DNA of 63,995 nucleotides, the filler included, from Dugesia japonica (Eukaryota): the NCBI GenBank assembly GCA_001938525.1. It is 5 parts of 5 records of this genome, joined end to end, with 100 filler letters (N's around TTAATTAATTAA, not from the genome) between each part and the next. Parts side by side here need not be neighbours in the genome. Positions count along the whole stretch, not along the records: positions 16,858 to 31,559 come from MQRL01592359.1; positions 31,660 to 40,694 come from MQRL01646517.1; positions 40,795 to 55,490 come from MQRL01607059.1; 2 more parts are not named here. One strand, given 5' to 3'. A model generated the notes under the pieces. It worked only from the letters and a program-made list of their open reading frames with translations. It had not been told where the DNA came from and did not search any database. Below, piece after piece: positions 27,456-40,799 of this stretch. The position numbers and the translations under genes are program-made. How positions within the stretch are numbered: position 1 is the stretch's first letter; the number at the start of each line of letters is the position of its first letter.

Positions 27456-29030
27456 TGTTGGGGGGAAACACTTGAGAATGGAAAATAAACCCGTGATTAG
27501 GTACACCTGAAATTTGAAAGAATNTCACAAGAAAGAAAACGAAGAACACAAGAAGGAGTTAGACCAGTTATCGAAAGGAATAATTGAAGAAAAAACCGAA
27601 ATAAAGAAACTAAATATGGGAAATGATCCGTAACTTAGTGAGTTACAAAGGAAGAAAATAAATGTTGAAAGACAAAAACGGACTGAGAGAACAAAGAAAG
27701 GAAAATTAATAACGGAAGAAAGTAATTCATTAACTGAAAGAAAGAAAGTCAAAGGAAATGAATAATAAACTTACAGAAAATAAATTAAATGAATTAATTA
27801 GTAAAAGAAAATTAAATTAATTTCACATCAGAAAACAAAGAAATAAACATATAATTAAAAATTAAGAAGAAAATAAAATAAATTATTTAATTATTTAAAC
27901 AAAATAAATCATAGAAATTAAAATGATTTATTTTTAAAAGAAAATTAAATATTTTGTGAAATTTGGCATAAACGACGACTTCCCATGCTGAAAAAATTAG
28001 CAAATAAGAAAATTATGGTCAAGAAAAAATCGGGGATTTCGAAAATGCTAGTTAGAAAATCGTAACAAGATCCAGAAAGAAGTTACAAGGGTTTAAAGAC
28101 TGACCAATAATTTTGGAATCCCAAAATAACCACCAATAAAAAGAAATCATGTGACAAAAGTAAAATAATTAACCAGTAAAAACAACGAAAATGACGGTTA
28201 GCCAATAAAAGGCACAAGGGTGTGATGAGAAAGCGGTATAAATACCGATGCAATTTTCATCAAATTTAACCAAAAAAGCAGCTTAATCAATCGAAACCTT
28301 TACTTATCGAAATTTAATATTGGATTAAAATTTATCACAAGAGGTAATCATTGGTTTAGTATAAAAAAATGTGTTTGGCAACGGTTTCCGACTCCAAAAC
28401 TTATAAAAAATGAACGAATGTTAAAAACCAAATTCCATTTGGTTACCAGGCAGATTTTCTGCAGCTCGGTGTGCTTGCTCCGGATTGATTCGAGACTCAT
28501 GTAAGTTCTGACTATTATGTAACTTTAAAATTTTACTGTGCCCTATCTTAACAATATATGTTTATTAACAAAGTTTTGTATTATTAATTAGTTGCCTAAT
28601 TTTTCTTGACTTTTTNNNNNNNNNNNNNNNNNNNNNNNAATTCCCAAGGTTAATACATGTAATAAATGATTAATAAAATGTTCCAAAACCGCTAACTATT
28701 TAGTAATTCCTCCTGTCAAACCCATAAAAGTTGTTATTAATTAGGATTTGAGTCCAGATAATAAATTAAAAACTATTAAACGTCGCACAAAGAGGAAATG
28801 TAATAATTTAAGGGGTAATAAGAAAATGACTAATAAGGATATCTTGAGAATCAAGCGGGTATTATGAAATATGAACCAAAACCATATGAATGCGAGTCTT
28901 TACTTGAGTTTCGAGTGAACGGCTCCATTCCGAAGATCTGGATTTTTGGGACGCCAGATTAAATTCTTCGAGAAGTTTTATTAGGTCAACTACCCTAGAC
29001 TTGTCAACTCACCTAGATAAAACCCCAACA
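27456..29030. mobile_element. 1.6-kb solo LTR inserted in the Tigger transposase
   Basis: TGTTGGGG...CCCCAACA termini and 4-bp TSD ATAT; removing it restores the frame KTRNNI-RNYCMSGES; TATAAATA near 28236. Confidence 0.85.
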
Positions 29031-29217
29031 ATATTATTCCTGGTTTTGAATTTTTGCAACCAACCATCTGAAGCTGAAAAAAAATCCTCATTTATACCGA
29101 GTCTCGTTGATATTTCCTTTGCTTTGGTTTTTAATATTGGCCCAGATATTGTATTACCTAGTTGTCTTGCTGCTATGAACCACCTATGCAACAAAATATT
29201 TATATGCGAGATATTTC

Positions 29218-29370
29218 ACGGATGAAAATAAGAAACTAATAAAGAAGTCTACGGATGAAAATAAGAAAATAAAAAAGACTTCTACGGATGAAAATAAGAA
29301 ACTAATAAAGAAGTCTACGGATGAAAATAAGAAACCAATAAAGAAGTCTACGGATGAAAATAAGAAAAAA
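29218..29370 (+). repeat. 33-bp tandem repeat (reads DENKKLIKKST)
   Basis: ACGGATGAAAATAAGAAA recurs every 33 bp, about 4.5 units. Confidence 0.85.
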
Positions 29371-31659
29371 ACAGAAATTAAGAAAATCAAAACTGCAGAT
29401 AAAAAAATAATTGTTTCTTCAGTAAAAGAAACAAATGAAAATGATACGAAAAAGAAGTCCACTAAAAAGATTAGTATATAAAATGTGGGAAAATTGGATA
29501 ATGTTTCAAATGTTTTCAAACATTAAGAAAATTTTTAAACTCTGACGACTGTTCTATGGTTGTTCTTCGTATTCCATTCTAATCTCATTCATTTTCGCTT
29601 TACATGATTGAAGCGTCCCTTTTGACACTTTGAATTTCTTTGCAACATTTCTTATGCTGTTATTATCTTTTAACGAATTCATTATTTCCATTTTTGTATC
29701 AATATCTATCTCAATTTCTTTTTCGGGCAAAATATGGGGTTGAAACAAATTATTTTATTTGCAAAACTAACTTACTCCATTTAAAATACTCTTAATTTCA
29801 ATTGATTTTATATTGGCTATAGACAACAAAATAATTATATATGATTTTTTTGAACATTATTAATGCATCACATTATCATTAAATTACAATGTTCACTTTT
29901 AAAAATTAAACTGTACTTTATACCATGTATCTTATAAAAAATGAAAAAATAATATATTTATACGTAATCAAGTTTTTTGCGTGTTTATTTTAAAAATTCG
30001 TACTTTGTATCGCGTTGTACCTTATACAGAGTGTACCATATAGAGAGATTCTACTGTAGCTTCTTTGTTCACTATTTTCGGTCTCTAAATCTTCTTCTCC
30101 AAACATTGCTACATAACATTGTATTTCTGAATCTTCTGTTTGAGCCTGTCAACTCATTATAATTATATCGGTTTCATGTTGAATTCCATTGATATGTTTC
30201 ACTCTGGTTTTTTCTCCTTTTGTGTCTATGTGTTTTATGCCACACTGTGAACATAAACACTTCTTTAGCTTCGACAACCCACCAGCATTGTTGTGTTCTT
30301 CACCTTTTATATACTTTAGTTCAAAATCATACTCTCACAAATTCGCTATCTACGCCTGGAATAGTGGATTTATTGGTTTTTTGTGCTGTTCAGAAACACC
30401 GCCGCTTTGTGGTTTGTTCTTACTAGCAATATTCTCCGCAGCAATATTATTGTCTCTCTTGGAGTTTCTCTTCACGAGGTTCTAAAAAATTTTTCTGTCT
30501 ATTAAAATAACACCCTGCCAAATATTTCATCAATACTGTCGGTTTTGATCTCATCACCTGTGTTCTATCTTCCATTATAATTGGTTGGGTGTTACTCTCA
30601 TATACTCTTTTTACTGGCAAATTACTTACACGTATTTTCTGTATATCCTCTTCAACTCTATTTATGTATGGTTTCACTACATTTCTTAACTCATCTTTTT
30701 TTGTATCATACAGATTTTTTTACGGTGATTCGTTGATAATGTTCCTTGTCTTCGTAAATCTTCGCCAGGGATCTCATTTCCGTGATCTTGATGTTGTCAA
30801 TGTTTCTTTCAATTTTGTATTTTTCACCTTATTTGAGAGTACATTATTAATTTTTTCATTTTTACTTAGTCTTGAATTAATGACATTATTTATCAGATTT
30901 CTTACTCTGATTTTGAATGTTGCGAATTTTTCTCCAGTCTCTTGTTTTACCATTGCTAATTCTAAAATCAGCTCTGAAAACGATTTTTTTTTATCATGAA
31001 TGTGTCCGTAAACAATCTTTTGGCTTCATCCGTTGTGATCTCAGTCTTTTTTAAAATCTTTCCAAAGAATTCCTGCTTCGTCTGACAGTAGCAAATCAAA
31101 GATTTTCATCAAATTAAAATCGTTAACGATATCCTTCGTTATTCGATATCCTTCAACGATTTTGAAGCTTCTTCTGCACCTTTTTCATCATATTTTCCGA
31201 CATTAAAATATATTAATTCTTGCGCTTTCTTTGGTAACGCATCTAAAATTACCTTCCGTTAATGCTGTTGCCCTGTCACTACACTCCCAGTTCTGACGTG
31301 GTTTTCAGGTACAATATCTTGGCCTCTATCATACTTCAAGAATAACTAAGTTCTTAGAATATTTATTAAATTAAAATTATAACGTTAATTTGTTTTATTC
31401 AAACAATGTTATTTCGAATTTCCATAACTGAAAGAATGATAAAATGGGTAAAATTATAATGTTTGTAAAGAATATTTCAAATACCTAATTGTCATTGAAG
31501 TAGTTTGATAAAAAAAAAGAATGGAGATATGACTGTATTAACGGTGGAATTGTAAAGATNNNNNNNNNNNNNNNNNNNNNNNNNNNNNNNNNNNNNNNNN
31601 NNNTTAATTAATTAANNNNNNNNNNNNNNNNNNNNNNNNNNNNNNNNNNNNNNNNNNNN

Positions 31660-32957
31660 TTTGGTGGTTTCTTGTCTTGGCAATTTATACTTAAATGCTC
31701 TTTCTTGTGACAAGTCCAACATTCCACATGAGAATTTTTGGATACTCTCTTTTAGTATACCCATAACTCTGGCATGTCCAGCACCGTGGTTCTGTTCTTT
31801 TTGTAACTCTTTCAATATTGTTTCTCCTTTCTCCAAAACGTTATCCACGTGTTACACCAGCGTAACTCTTTATTACATTAATAGGTTNTCTTCTTTCTAT
31901 TTTTTCAACTAATGATAACGTTTCTTTTATATCTTCTACTTTCTCCAAATTTTGCATGATAATCTCTTCTTCTGCTTTTTTACTTTTTGCAGAAATTATT
32001 AGTATTTTTTAAAAGAGTTTTTCTTACGTCAACTCTCCATTTGCTAAACATTTATCTATCAAATCTTCCACTTATTTAAAAAACACCTGAAGTTCTTCAT
32101 TACCACGTTGATAGCTTACAAGATTCTGTAAATCTTTTATTATGTCTCTCTTGCTCTCAAAAGCTAATCGCAATCTCTGTTGATATCTTCCAGTTTTTTT
32201 CATTGTCTTTAGATATGCTTCCATTAAATCCTCATGAAGCATAAATGTTACCCAACGTTTCGGATCTTTCTTAACAACGATGTTCTTTTCCTCAAAGTAT
32301 ATTTCACGCCGCTTGATAAACTTCTCTAGATTATCACCTCTGCAAAATATTTTTGGCAACAATCTTTCTGTGATTGCATGAGTGTTTATGGCTGCCTTCA
32401 TGTTAGTTAAGTTTGGAAAACTCATCGTATCATCAATATCAAAATTCGAATTCATTACAACGTTTATTAAAATAAAAATTAAAACATCATTAATTTTTTA
32501 AACAAACAAATTTAAAAATTCACATTTTAAAACGGGAAATACTAAATATTTAATTTTATATATTTTTATATTATATTTAAATTATATTTTGAGTTTAAAA
32601 AATACAATAAAATAGAAATATTTTATTCTTTTAAAATATATTTGATTTTTAAAAAAATACATTAAAATAAACATCTTCTATTTATTTAATACTATATTTT
32701 ATTTTAAAATAATTTGATTTTAAAAAATACACTAAACTAGATATATTTTATTCTTTTAAAATATAATTGATTTTTAAAAAATATCCTAAAATAAACATCT
32801 TTTATTTATTCAATTTTATATTTTAACAATTCTAAAATTTTAGTAATTTCTTTATAAATTATTTTCTTTATACAATTTTAAATATACTTTTGATTTTAAT
32901 AAATTTCGTTCTCAAAAATAAAAAATTTAAATCTATATTTTAAAAAACTATCTTATA
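31660..32957 (-). mobile_element. Second copy of Gypsy family A (5' LTR 32401-32957 plus gag)
   Basis: Closely similar to 6285-7320: MNSNFDIDDTMSFPNLTN...ERLLPK.FCRG...RLRLAFESKRDIIKDLQNLVSYQR. Confidence 0.9.
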
Positions 32958-34009
32958 ATTACCATTTTTATTGATATTATTTTATTTAGTATTATTATTC
33001 TTATTATTGTTCACATCATTGATTTTATTAATGTTTACCATTATCGTAACTAATATCATTATTATCGCTACCGTAGTAATCATTATCATTACTATATTAT
33101 CATAATTTACACCACCCTCAGTGGTTCATAAATAAATCAAGAACATTTGACATCATTAATATTTAGTCTGCTAATTCTAGATATCATCAACGACACATAG
33201 TTAACAGCTTATCTTTCTCGTGTTGTCCATAATATGTTACAGATATTGTTCCCACTTTCAACATAATCACCAACATCACGCCGACAATAGATTTGACACT
33301 GTTTCGTTAACGAATAATGAAATTCACATTAAGCTTAAATTAATCTATTATATTTAGATGGAAGAAAACAGTCCAAAACTCCCACTCAATAAACAACTTT
33401 CCCAGCTCTGACCTAGTCGCACCTTTAGCTCAGATATGCTGCTCTCCGCTAGCATTGACGGTCAAATAGCTATCGCAGCTAACTGGGCTTGAATCTATCA
33501 ATCCCTTCAAGGGAATATTGCCATGCTGGTGATCAAAAGATAACAGTTAAGATAACAGAATATTGAGTATACCCGGAGAGACGAGTCTCAGGGTATGAAG
33601 ATTTGGGATTTTGAGTTGGAAGTTGAATAGCTCCGACAGGAGAATTAAAGTTTATGGAGGTTACGTCCATATCAGTTCCTCTACCCAAGAAGATTCTCAA
33701 AATATTTATCGATCTTAGCTTAGAAAACAATTAACCTATTGGTGATAGCATTGTGAATATTGGTGTTTACATTTGATCGTGAAAAATATTATGCTTTGAA
33801 TTTATTTATTTTCCTTTTGTATTTATAAAAAACATTTATTTATAAAAACATTTGTGGGTGAATACTTCATAATAAGTCAAGGATGATTCAAATAAATCCG
33901 AGATCATAAACTTTCGTTTTAATAAATTTGATTATCTAGAAAGAATTCAAAATTATCAAATCTTTGAGCATAGTGATCTAAACAGAGTTAAGTTTGGATT
34001 TGATTGAAA

Positions 34010-35040
34010 ATTTGCTTCATATGATCTAAGTAAATGTGGTGGCGCTCTTTAATGACTCTCTTAATTGAGATTTTTAAAATTTCATTTGTAGTTAGATCAA
34101 TTCTTTTTGAAAGCCTTTTAATTGAAGGGGTCTCACATGCTTAACGGTCAAAAACTAGAGCATCCAAAGTTGCTTCTTTTTGAAATTTTGAATTAATTTA
34201 TATTCTGAGGTTCTCATATTTTTTTCTGTTATCTTCTCTGAATTTTGCGAAGCCATGTATTGAATCACAAGTAGCCTTGGTGTCAAGAATGTGTATTTTT
34301 GCATTTCTGTGACTTTTAATAATGAGATCTGGTCTGAGCTTCAATGCGAAGTCTTGGGGACAGAAATCAATTTCTACATCACAGTTCCACTATCTAAGTT
34401 GTGCCGCAACATTTTCCATGATACGATTGGGTTTGTTGTATTTTTGATTTTTCATGGCTGAAAATGTGTTTTTGAATTTCGACTTCAGTACTGCATTGTT
34501 TACAGTTTAGATGGCATGTTGTTCTTTAGTCTGTATAAATTGTAATTAGTTTTCATAAGGTTGTTTCTAGTTCGGACTATGAAAAAGTAGTCACTTTTAG
34601 ATAAGTTCACGTTTTCCATAAATTTGTGAGCATAGTCTGATGAGGATAAAAAGGTTATTAAAATACCTTGTGTATATAGGCTTTTCCATTTTTGAAAGAA
34701 TGTCATACATGTTTCAGTATTGAGGACATTGAATAATTTAGATTTTAATTTATTATTGTTAAGGATATTAAGAGAGAAGTTGCAGTTATCCAGTCCAGTG
34801 ATTTTCTCATGGTTTATATTAATCTTGAATGTATAAACATTTTGTGTGCTTGATATTTTTTTGTGACGGAGGAAGATTGCTTTCCGTGATGTTTTTAAAG
34901 TCTTCTATTTCATTGTTGATGTCTTGAATATCATTTTTCTTAGCTCCCCCAAATGAGACTACCAAGTAATTGTACAACTTTTCGATATAAAAACCCACTT
35001 CTCCCTTCCAGTTTGAAAATCAATGAAATAAACCCTATGA
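34010..35040 (-). mobile_element. 3' remnant of an RLE-type (R2/NeSL-like) non-LTR retrotransposon
   Basis: YFFIVRTRNNLM followed by a decayed CCHC region, then LKLRPDLII...IHILDTK...KKYE (PD-D/ExK restriction-like endonuclease). Confidence 0.75.
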
Positions 35041-35059
35041 AAGTAATGAACAATGTACA

Positions 35060-35400
35060 AAGATTTATTTATTTTAGCAATCAAAGATTGACATCTTCTC
35101 GAGTAGTATTAACATCATCTTTGGAATCATCATAGATCCCTGAATAAGCTTCACAATATAAAGTATTGTATTTTCTTGAATTAATGATGGTATTTAACAT
35201 GTAAGAAATTATTCTAGGATTATTTACTCTCTACTTCTGTTGAACCTAATTTAAATCTCATTGATTTAAAAAGATTTGGGAAACTATTATATTCTAGTGT
35301 AATTTGCGTTATATCAGATGATTCAATTTCAATATTGTAATATAATTTTGCATTGGAGATATCTAATGGATTATTACTTTTATGACATAATATAATTTTT
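35060..35400 (-). pseudogene. Polinton major capsid protein N-terminal remnant
   Basis: NPLDISNAKLYYNIEI...LEYNSFPNLFKSMRFKLGSTEVES.NPRIISYMLN aligns with DPLATMTSFVLYYKIEI...LENDWFPSLFSSMRLKLGSSTIESIENPGIASTMLN of the 53-kb MCP. Confidence 0.8.
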
Positions 35401-35739
35401 GGTATTGGAAAAGATTGTTGCTTAAACGCACGATGGGATTTTTGTGGATTTTCAAAAAGTGTCATGATTTGGTAATGTTTCTTCCTTTTCAATTCAAGAT
35501 AATCAAATAGTGCATAGGGACCATAAAATCTCTTTAATGTTGATTTAATTCATTTCAGTATATCATTATTACTAATAATTTTAGTTTTTGTTTTAGTATT
35601 ATTATGTTTTATAGTGTCTTCATACATTACTAATGGTATGCGATTTCTAAAACATAATTTCTTGGTATAATCATAATATTATGGATGGGGAAATGTAATT
35701 TTTCCAGTCTTGTTTTGTAAACATGCTTTTGACGAGCTT

Positions 35740-35975
35740 TTAATTAATTTTCGATACCAATTTCGATGTTTTTAGTAGCCAAACGCAGTAAATTTGATAC
35801 TATATTTAGTATAGTATCTTCTATATTTAGATTTTATAAATTTCATTGTTGAAAAGTTACTTTCACAAAGATAAGTACTGCCGAGCATTGATGGCAAGTA
35901 AGATTTAACTTTTCATGAAATAATATATGTATTATGGAAAAATGATTCGCGGGCCGGGTTTTGGACAGCTTTGAC
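35740..35975 (-). mobile_element. Internally deleted hAT remnant
   Basis: SMLGSTYLCESNFSTMKFIKSKYR dimerisation motif next to a terminus-like CTGTCCAAAACCCGGCCCGCG. Confidence 0.65.
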
Positions 35976-36399
35976 TTACATTAGGTCTAGTGAAAATGAA
36001 TGGTAACCAATAAATTGTAATTTTGTATATTGCCTGCTAACATTCGTATCGAAACAAGTCTATACAAAACTCTACTATTACATTTTTACACCATCCTGAT
36101 TTTTGCGCTTCTATATTAAAAGTAAAATCATTTAGTCCATCTCATACTTTTTCTATAGATTTGTTATGTTATTGTTATTTTTAAAAATTAATTGTTGTAA
36201 AACTTGTAAGTTATTTCTTTATCTAATATTTGTTCATTATGTATCTTTGTATATTTTATTTGACAAAATAATCGATTTCCTATTTTATTGTAAATATAAT
36301 AATTATATCTTGTTATTCTTGCGAATAATAAAGAAGTTACATTTTTGAGTCAATAAAGCTTTAAGTTGTAGTTGTGGATAGATTTGAGATAACAAAAGC

Positions 36400-38230
36400 A
36401 TGAAACTAAGAGGGCTTTTCACAGGTTCCTGAACCCAAATAAAAAAAGAAATCTAGAACACTTTGCGAAGAGTAAAAAGAATTTCTCTAGGGACATAGGA
36501 CAAAAGTACTTGTGTTTCTAACAGACTTATCCTTAGCTCAAGATGAACAGCAAATGACAACATAGGTACAATCAAAGTCGTGTCAAAAATAGAGAGTTCC
36601 GTTGCTATTGATCGCAATCACAAAACATCGGTTATTTATACAAAAAAAAACAGCATGCGGCTTTTTAAGTTTAACCACTAAATATAAATTATATTTTGTT
36701 TTAGAAATTCTTAATATCATGTGTGCAATCACTCAAAATACTTCCATTTGTGAGGATATTACTAATAAAGTCTTCAAAATGTCATCAAGTAATGGAACGT
36801 AATCACGTAATAGAACTTGTTCACAAAGACTGCCAAAATAAGCTGCAAAAAATAAAGAATTTAATTATCAAAAAGAAGATTAAAGGAATTAAATTCATCA
36901 TCAGTATCGTTGAATGGTTTAGTCTCCGGCGTCGATGATACTTCAGTATTATATTACACGAAGGAGGAGGTAACAAAAAAATTAATCTTGGTTTGGTTCG
37001 TATGATAGGTTCATACAAGAGTGAAATTATAGCGTAAGCAATGAAAAAACATCTTGATAGTTACGGGCTAATTCTTGATCATGGTATTGTAGCTATAACT
37101 AATGAAGGAGCTAGCGTTTTTTTTTGGTTAAGTATGGAGGACTAATTCTTCAAATTTCACAGTTGTGTTTAAACCATCCGATTCATCTCTCCATCACTGA
37201 CAGTAGGTATTTGCAAAAGAAAATATCCAATAAAGACGATGTACATGACAACAGTAATGAAAATGATGACTTTAACAACCAATGTGATTNNNNNNNNNNN
37301 NNNNNNNNNNNNNNNNNNNNNNNNNNNNNNNNNNNNNNNGTAATGGAACGTAATCACGTAATAGAACTTGTTCACAAAGACTGCCAAAATAAGCTGCAAA
37401 AAATAAAGAATTTTATTATCAAAAAGAAGATTAAAGGAATTAAATTCATCATCAGTATCGTTGAATAGTTTAGTCTCCGGCGTCGATGATACTTCAATAT
37501 TATATTACACGAAGGAGGAGGTAACAAAAAATTAATCTTGGTTTGATTCGTATGATAGGTTCATACAAGAGTGAAATTATAGCGGAAGCAATGAAAATAC
37601 ATCTTGATAGTTACGGGCTAATTCTTGATCATGGTATTGTAGCTATAACTAATGACGGAGCTAGAGTTTGTTTGGTTAAGTATGGATGACTTATTCTTCA
37701 AATTTCACAGTTGTGTTTAAACCATCCGATTCATCTCTCCATCACTGACAGTAGGTATTTGCAAAGAAAATATCCAATAAAGACGATGTACATGACAACA
37801 GTAATGAAAATGATTACTTTAACAACCAATGTGATTGTCAATTCACTAAAATCATTGAAATCAGAATTTACTTTATTGAGAAATACCAGTCAACGAATAA
37901 AAAATCTTCATAGTTTACTAGATGCTTCAATGACAATTATACCAAAGTCAACTGATAATAAGTGTATGTTCTCAGTTTCATTTGCGTTTTGAATTTTATC
38001 TGTTAAATCTTTAAACGTATTGGCATTTCTTAAATATCACTATTAAAAATTTATAAAGTAAACGATTCTCATAAACAGTCTATTAAAACAAGCTTGAAAA
38101 AATCAAATTTGTTTAGTTATTTTTTTAATAAATTATTAAAATAACCGCAATATGCGAATAATCGCGGTTTATAAAAAATAATAACCGCAAACCGCTAATT
38201 CTGAAAAAGTGTGGTTTTCAGAACTCCCTA
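36400..38230 (+). mobile_element. Decayed hAT transposon with a duplicated segment around a gap
   Basis: INLGLVRMIGS...IVAITNDGA...QLCLNHPIHL...TIIPKSTDNKCMFS; AACCGC subterminal repeats; end GTTTTCAGAACTCCCTA. Confidence 0.7.
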
Positions 38231-39133
38231 GTCAAAACCCAACTATATTAATAATTATAATACAAAATAAATCAAATAAACAAGCGGTATTAGGATTCAT
38301 TTCAAATTCAACTGTCCTTTTCAACACTTTTCCCGTGATGTTCCCATAATATTTCATACCATACAATCAATATCCCTACCCAATCAGGTCACATTTCAAT
38401 TTACAACTTTTCTCTTTGATTTTATTCTGTATAAGCGCAACATATTTGAATGAAATTTTTATTCTTTCTGGACGACGGATCTTTATCTGATCAGTGGAAT
38501 TAGGCCAGTTTAGAAACAGTTTCTTAATTCAATATAATATAGAGAGCTTTTGCGCTGGAAAACCAAATACTTAACAGTTAATATAATACTGCATTGAATA
38601 TTAATTTCAGGTTTCTTTTGTTTTGGATTCATATAAACAAATTTACATAATTAGCATNNNNNNNNNNNNNNNNNNNNNNNNNNNNNNNNNNNNNNNNNNN
38701 NNNNNNNTAAAAATCCACAGTATAATCTTGTATTTTTTGCAAGTTCGAAACTAATATTTTAATATGTAACATTATTCCTGGTTTCATAAACTTTATAATT
38801 AATCATTTAAATAAAATATTAACAGCTCCATTTAGTTTTATTGTTCTGGAATTTNNNNNNNNNNNNNNNNNNNNNNNNNNNNNNNNNNNNNNNNNNNNNN
38901 NNNNNNNNNNNNNNNNNNNNNNNNNNNNNNNNNNNNNNNNNNNNNNNNNNNNNNNNNNNNNNNNNNNNNNNNNNNNTTTTGAAAGTTTCCATGTGGCTCT
39001 TGACCATTATCCTCTTTCATTATTTTATTATTATTGATTAATTATAATTCTATGATTTCAAACAGGGAATTAACTAGGATCTTAATGCTGAAAACCAATC
39101 TATTTATTTTCAACAATTACTCATTTGTTAAAT

Positions 39134-39494
39134 CAGAGGTCGGCAAGCTATATGGGTCAAAGGAACGTTGTCAAAAAAATTTTTCGATAACCGCATAGTT
39201 CAAAAATTATTATAAAATAATATTTTGTATTAAAATTAAAAAAAATTTGAATAATCCATTCTAATTCAAATTAAAATTTAATAAGACTTCTTCTACTGTA
39301 TCATTTTTGGAAATTCATTTAATTCAGGATTTCTTTGCCATTACAAAGGTTCTTAGAAATGTAAAAAAAGTTAATAAGTAGACTGAAATTTGATAAAAAT
39401 GTTTTATAAACAAATATTTTGAAATAAATTGTAACTTTATAACAATACTTGCATAAATATATAAATGTAAAATTGGTAGCATTGCCGACCCCTA
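39134..39494. mobile_element. hAT-type MITE
   Basis: TIRs CAGAGGTCGGCAA / TTGCCGACCCCTA; perfect 8-bp TSD TGTTAAAT. Confidence 0.88.
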
Positions 39495-40799
39495 TGTTAA
39501 ATCATCAAAATTTTATATTAAATCATTTTAACAATTTGTAAATTAAAATTAATTTCACGGCACATATAATATTTAATTAATAAAAGAGGAAATTATGTAT
39601 TTTAATACAAAAAACAAGAGATAATATTAATAAAGAATAACCGATAAATGGAGTTTATATAAAAAAAATATGTACAGTTTTCTTTTTCTTTGCTTTTGAC
39701 AACAAAAATATACTAATAATACAGATATAAAACCAATATTAAACGATTTCATTAGTTAATCTCAATTCTTCACGACCTGTTAAGTCCTGAAATTGAATAA
39801 TTAAATGCTAAAAGTACTTATTAATTAAAATTATTATTAACTCTTTGTTGCCGGGATGTATATTTACCTATTATATTTATAAGTCATTTTTATTAAATTT
39901 CTAATTAATTCTCTTAATTTATAAGTCTTTATAATAAAAATATACAAGATATAAATATAATGAATGTGATGTAGGATTGTGTGTTATTGCTTGATATAAA
40001 GATTTTCATACAATTCTTCGCTTTTAATTTAGCAAATAAAACATCTTTAAGAAAGAAAAATTTCTTCAAAGAATTTCCGGCATCAAAGAGTTAAACTTGA
40101 ATTATAATCAATGTTAAAGAAATTTATGAAAATTTGTATTAAATTAAATTGGTAAATGATAAGATGTTATAAATTAGTTTATTTTAATCAGTTCTCCGTA
40201 AGTAGTGGACGTGACGATGAAATAAAATTTGACAAGATCAACAGGCATAATATTCGTATTTACGGTAAACATAATTTTCATGCTAATGTTGAGCACACAA
40301 AAGATTGTGCAAACTGCAAGAATCGTCTCTGAAATACTGTTCTTGAATGAAAATGGGATTTAAAATTTTTGTCCATTTATCTTCCGAAAGGGCGTTGCTC
40401 TATTGTTTTGTAAGCTGACAGTCAAGACTTTTCTTAGTGAGAATCTAATGCCATTTAATAATGGCAGTGTACTGTTGAGATGACCATCATATAATTATTT
40501 TAGCAGGTCTAAAAGACTGGTTTATATCCTATTCTTCACAATTCTAGAGTAAATCAAGCAGCAAATTATCTAGACTTCGTAAAATGTTGTACAAGGCATG
40601 CTACAAAGTATTTAGCAAGAACTAACTTACCGATTGAAACATGTGCCGCATAACAGCATTACATGTATTGAATAATTGTAAAATCAGTTATAAANNNNNN
40701 NNNNNNNNNNNNNNNNNNNNNNNNNNNNNNNNNNNNNNTTAATTAATTAANNNNNNNNNNNNNNNNNNNNNNNNNNNNNNNNNNNNNNNNNNNNAATTT

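Larger units (their letters stand above)
25865..30056 (-). mobile_element. Tigger/pogo DNA transposon, full length but interrupted
   Basis: 24-bp TIRs CAGTCGAATCTCCCTATATGGTAC / GTACCATATAGAGAGATTCTACTG (22/24) with TA on both sides; HTH (29554-29748), CENP-B HTH (FSASDGWLQKFKTR), DDE_1 domain (GEKLKPMIIGK, LLFNDG, FPPNLTSHLKPLDVGII). Confidence 0.95.
25500..31400 (-). mobile_element. Decayed Gypsy element related to family B, split by the Tigger insertion
   Basis: gag (ALPKKAQELI...FDLLLSDEAG) at 30440-31340 joined to RNase H (RTNHKAAVFLNSTKKPINPLFQA...YIKGEEHNNAGGLS) at ~30190-30420; integrase start (LWPGMHE, LEQIVVDIAHM) at 25550-25860. Confidence 0.75.

Noticed and set aside
29218-29370. 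Regularly spaced repeats resembling a CRISPR array
   Set aside because: Spacers are near-identical, the context is eukaryotic and there are no cas genes; it is a minisatellite
33380-33740. GC-richer patch with a 65-aa ORF
   Set aside because: No recognisable motif or repeat partner in the window
36789-37838. ~500-bp tandem duplication in the hAT remnant
   Set aside because: Copies abut an N gap; probably unmerged contig overlap or haplotypes. The same pattern occurs at ~20325-20472 and ~51488-51600
40200-40690. Possible very decayed hAT transposase on the minus strand
   Set aside because: Only scattered motif hints (CxAH-like, W-S); too degenerate to call
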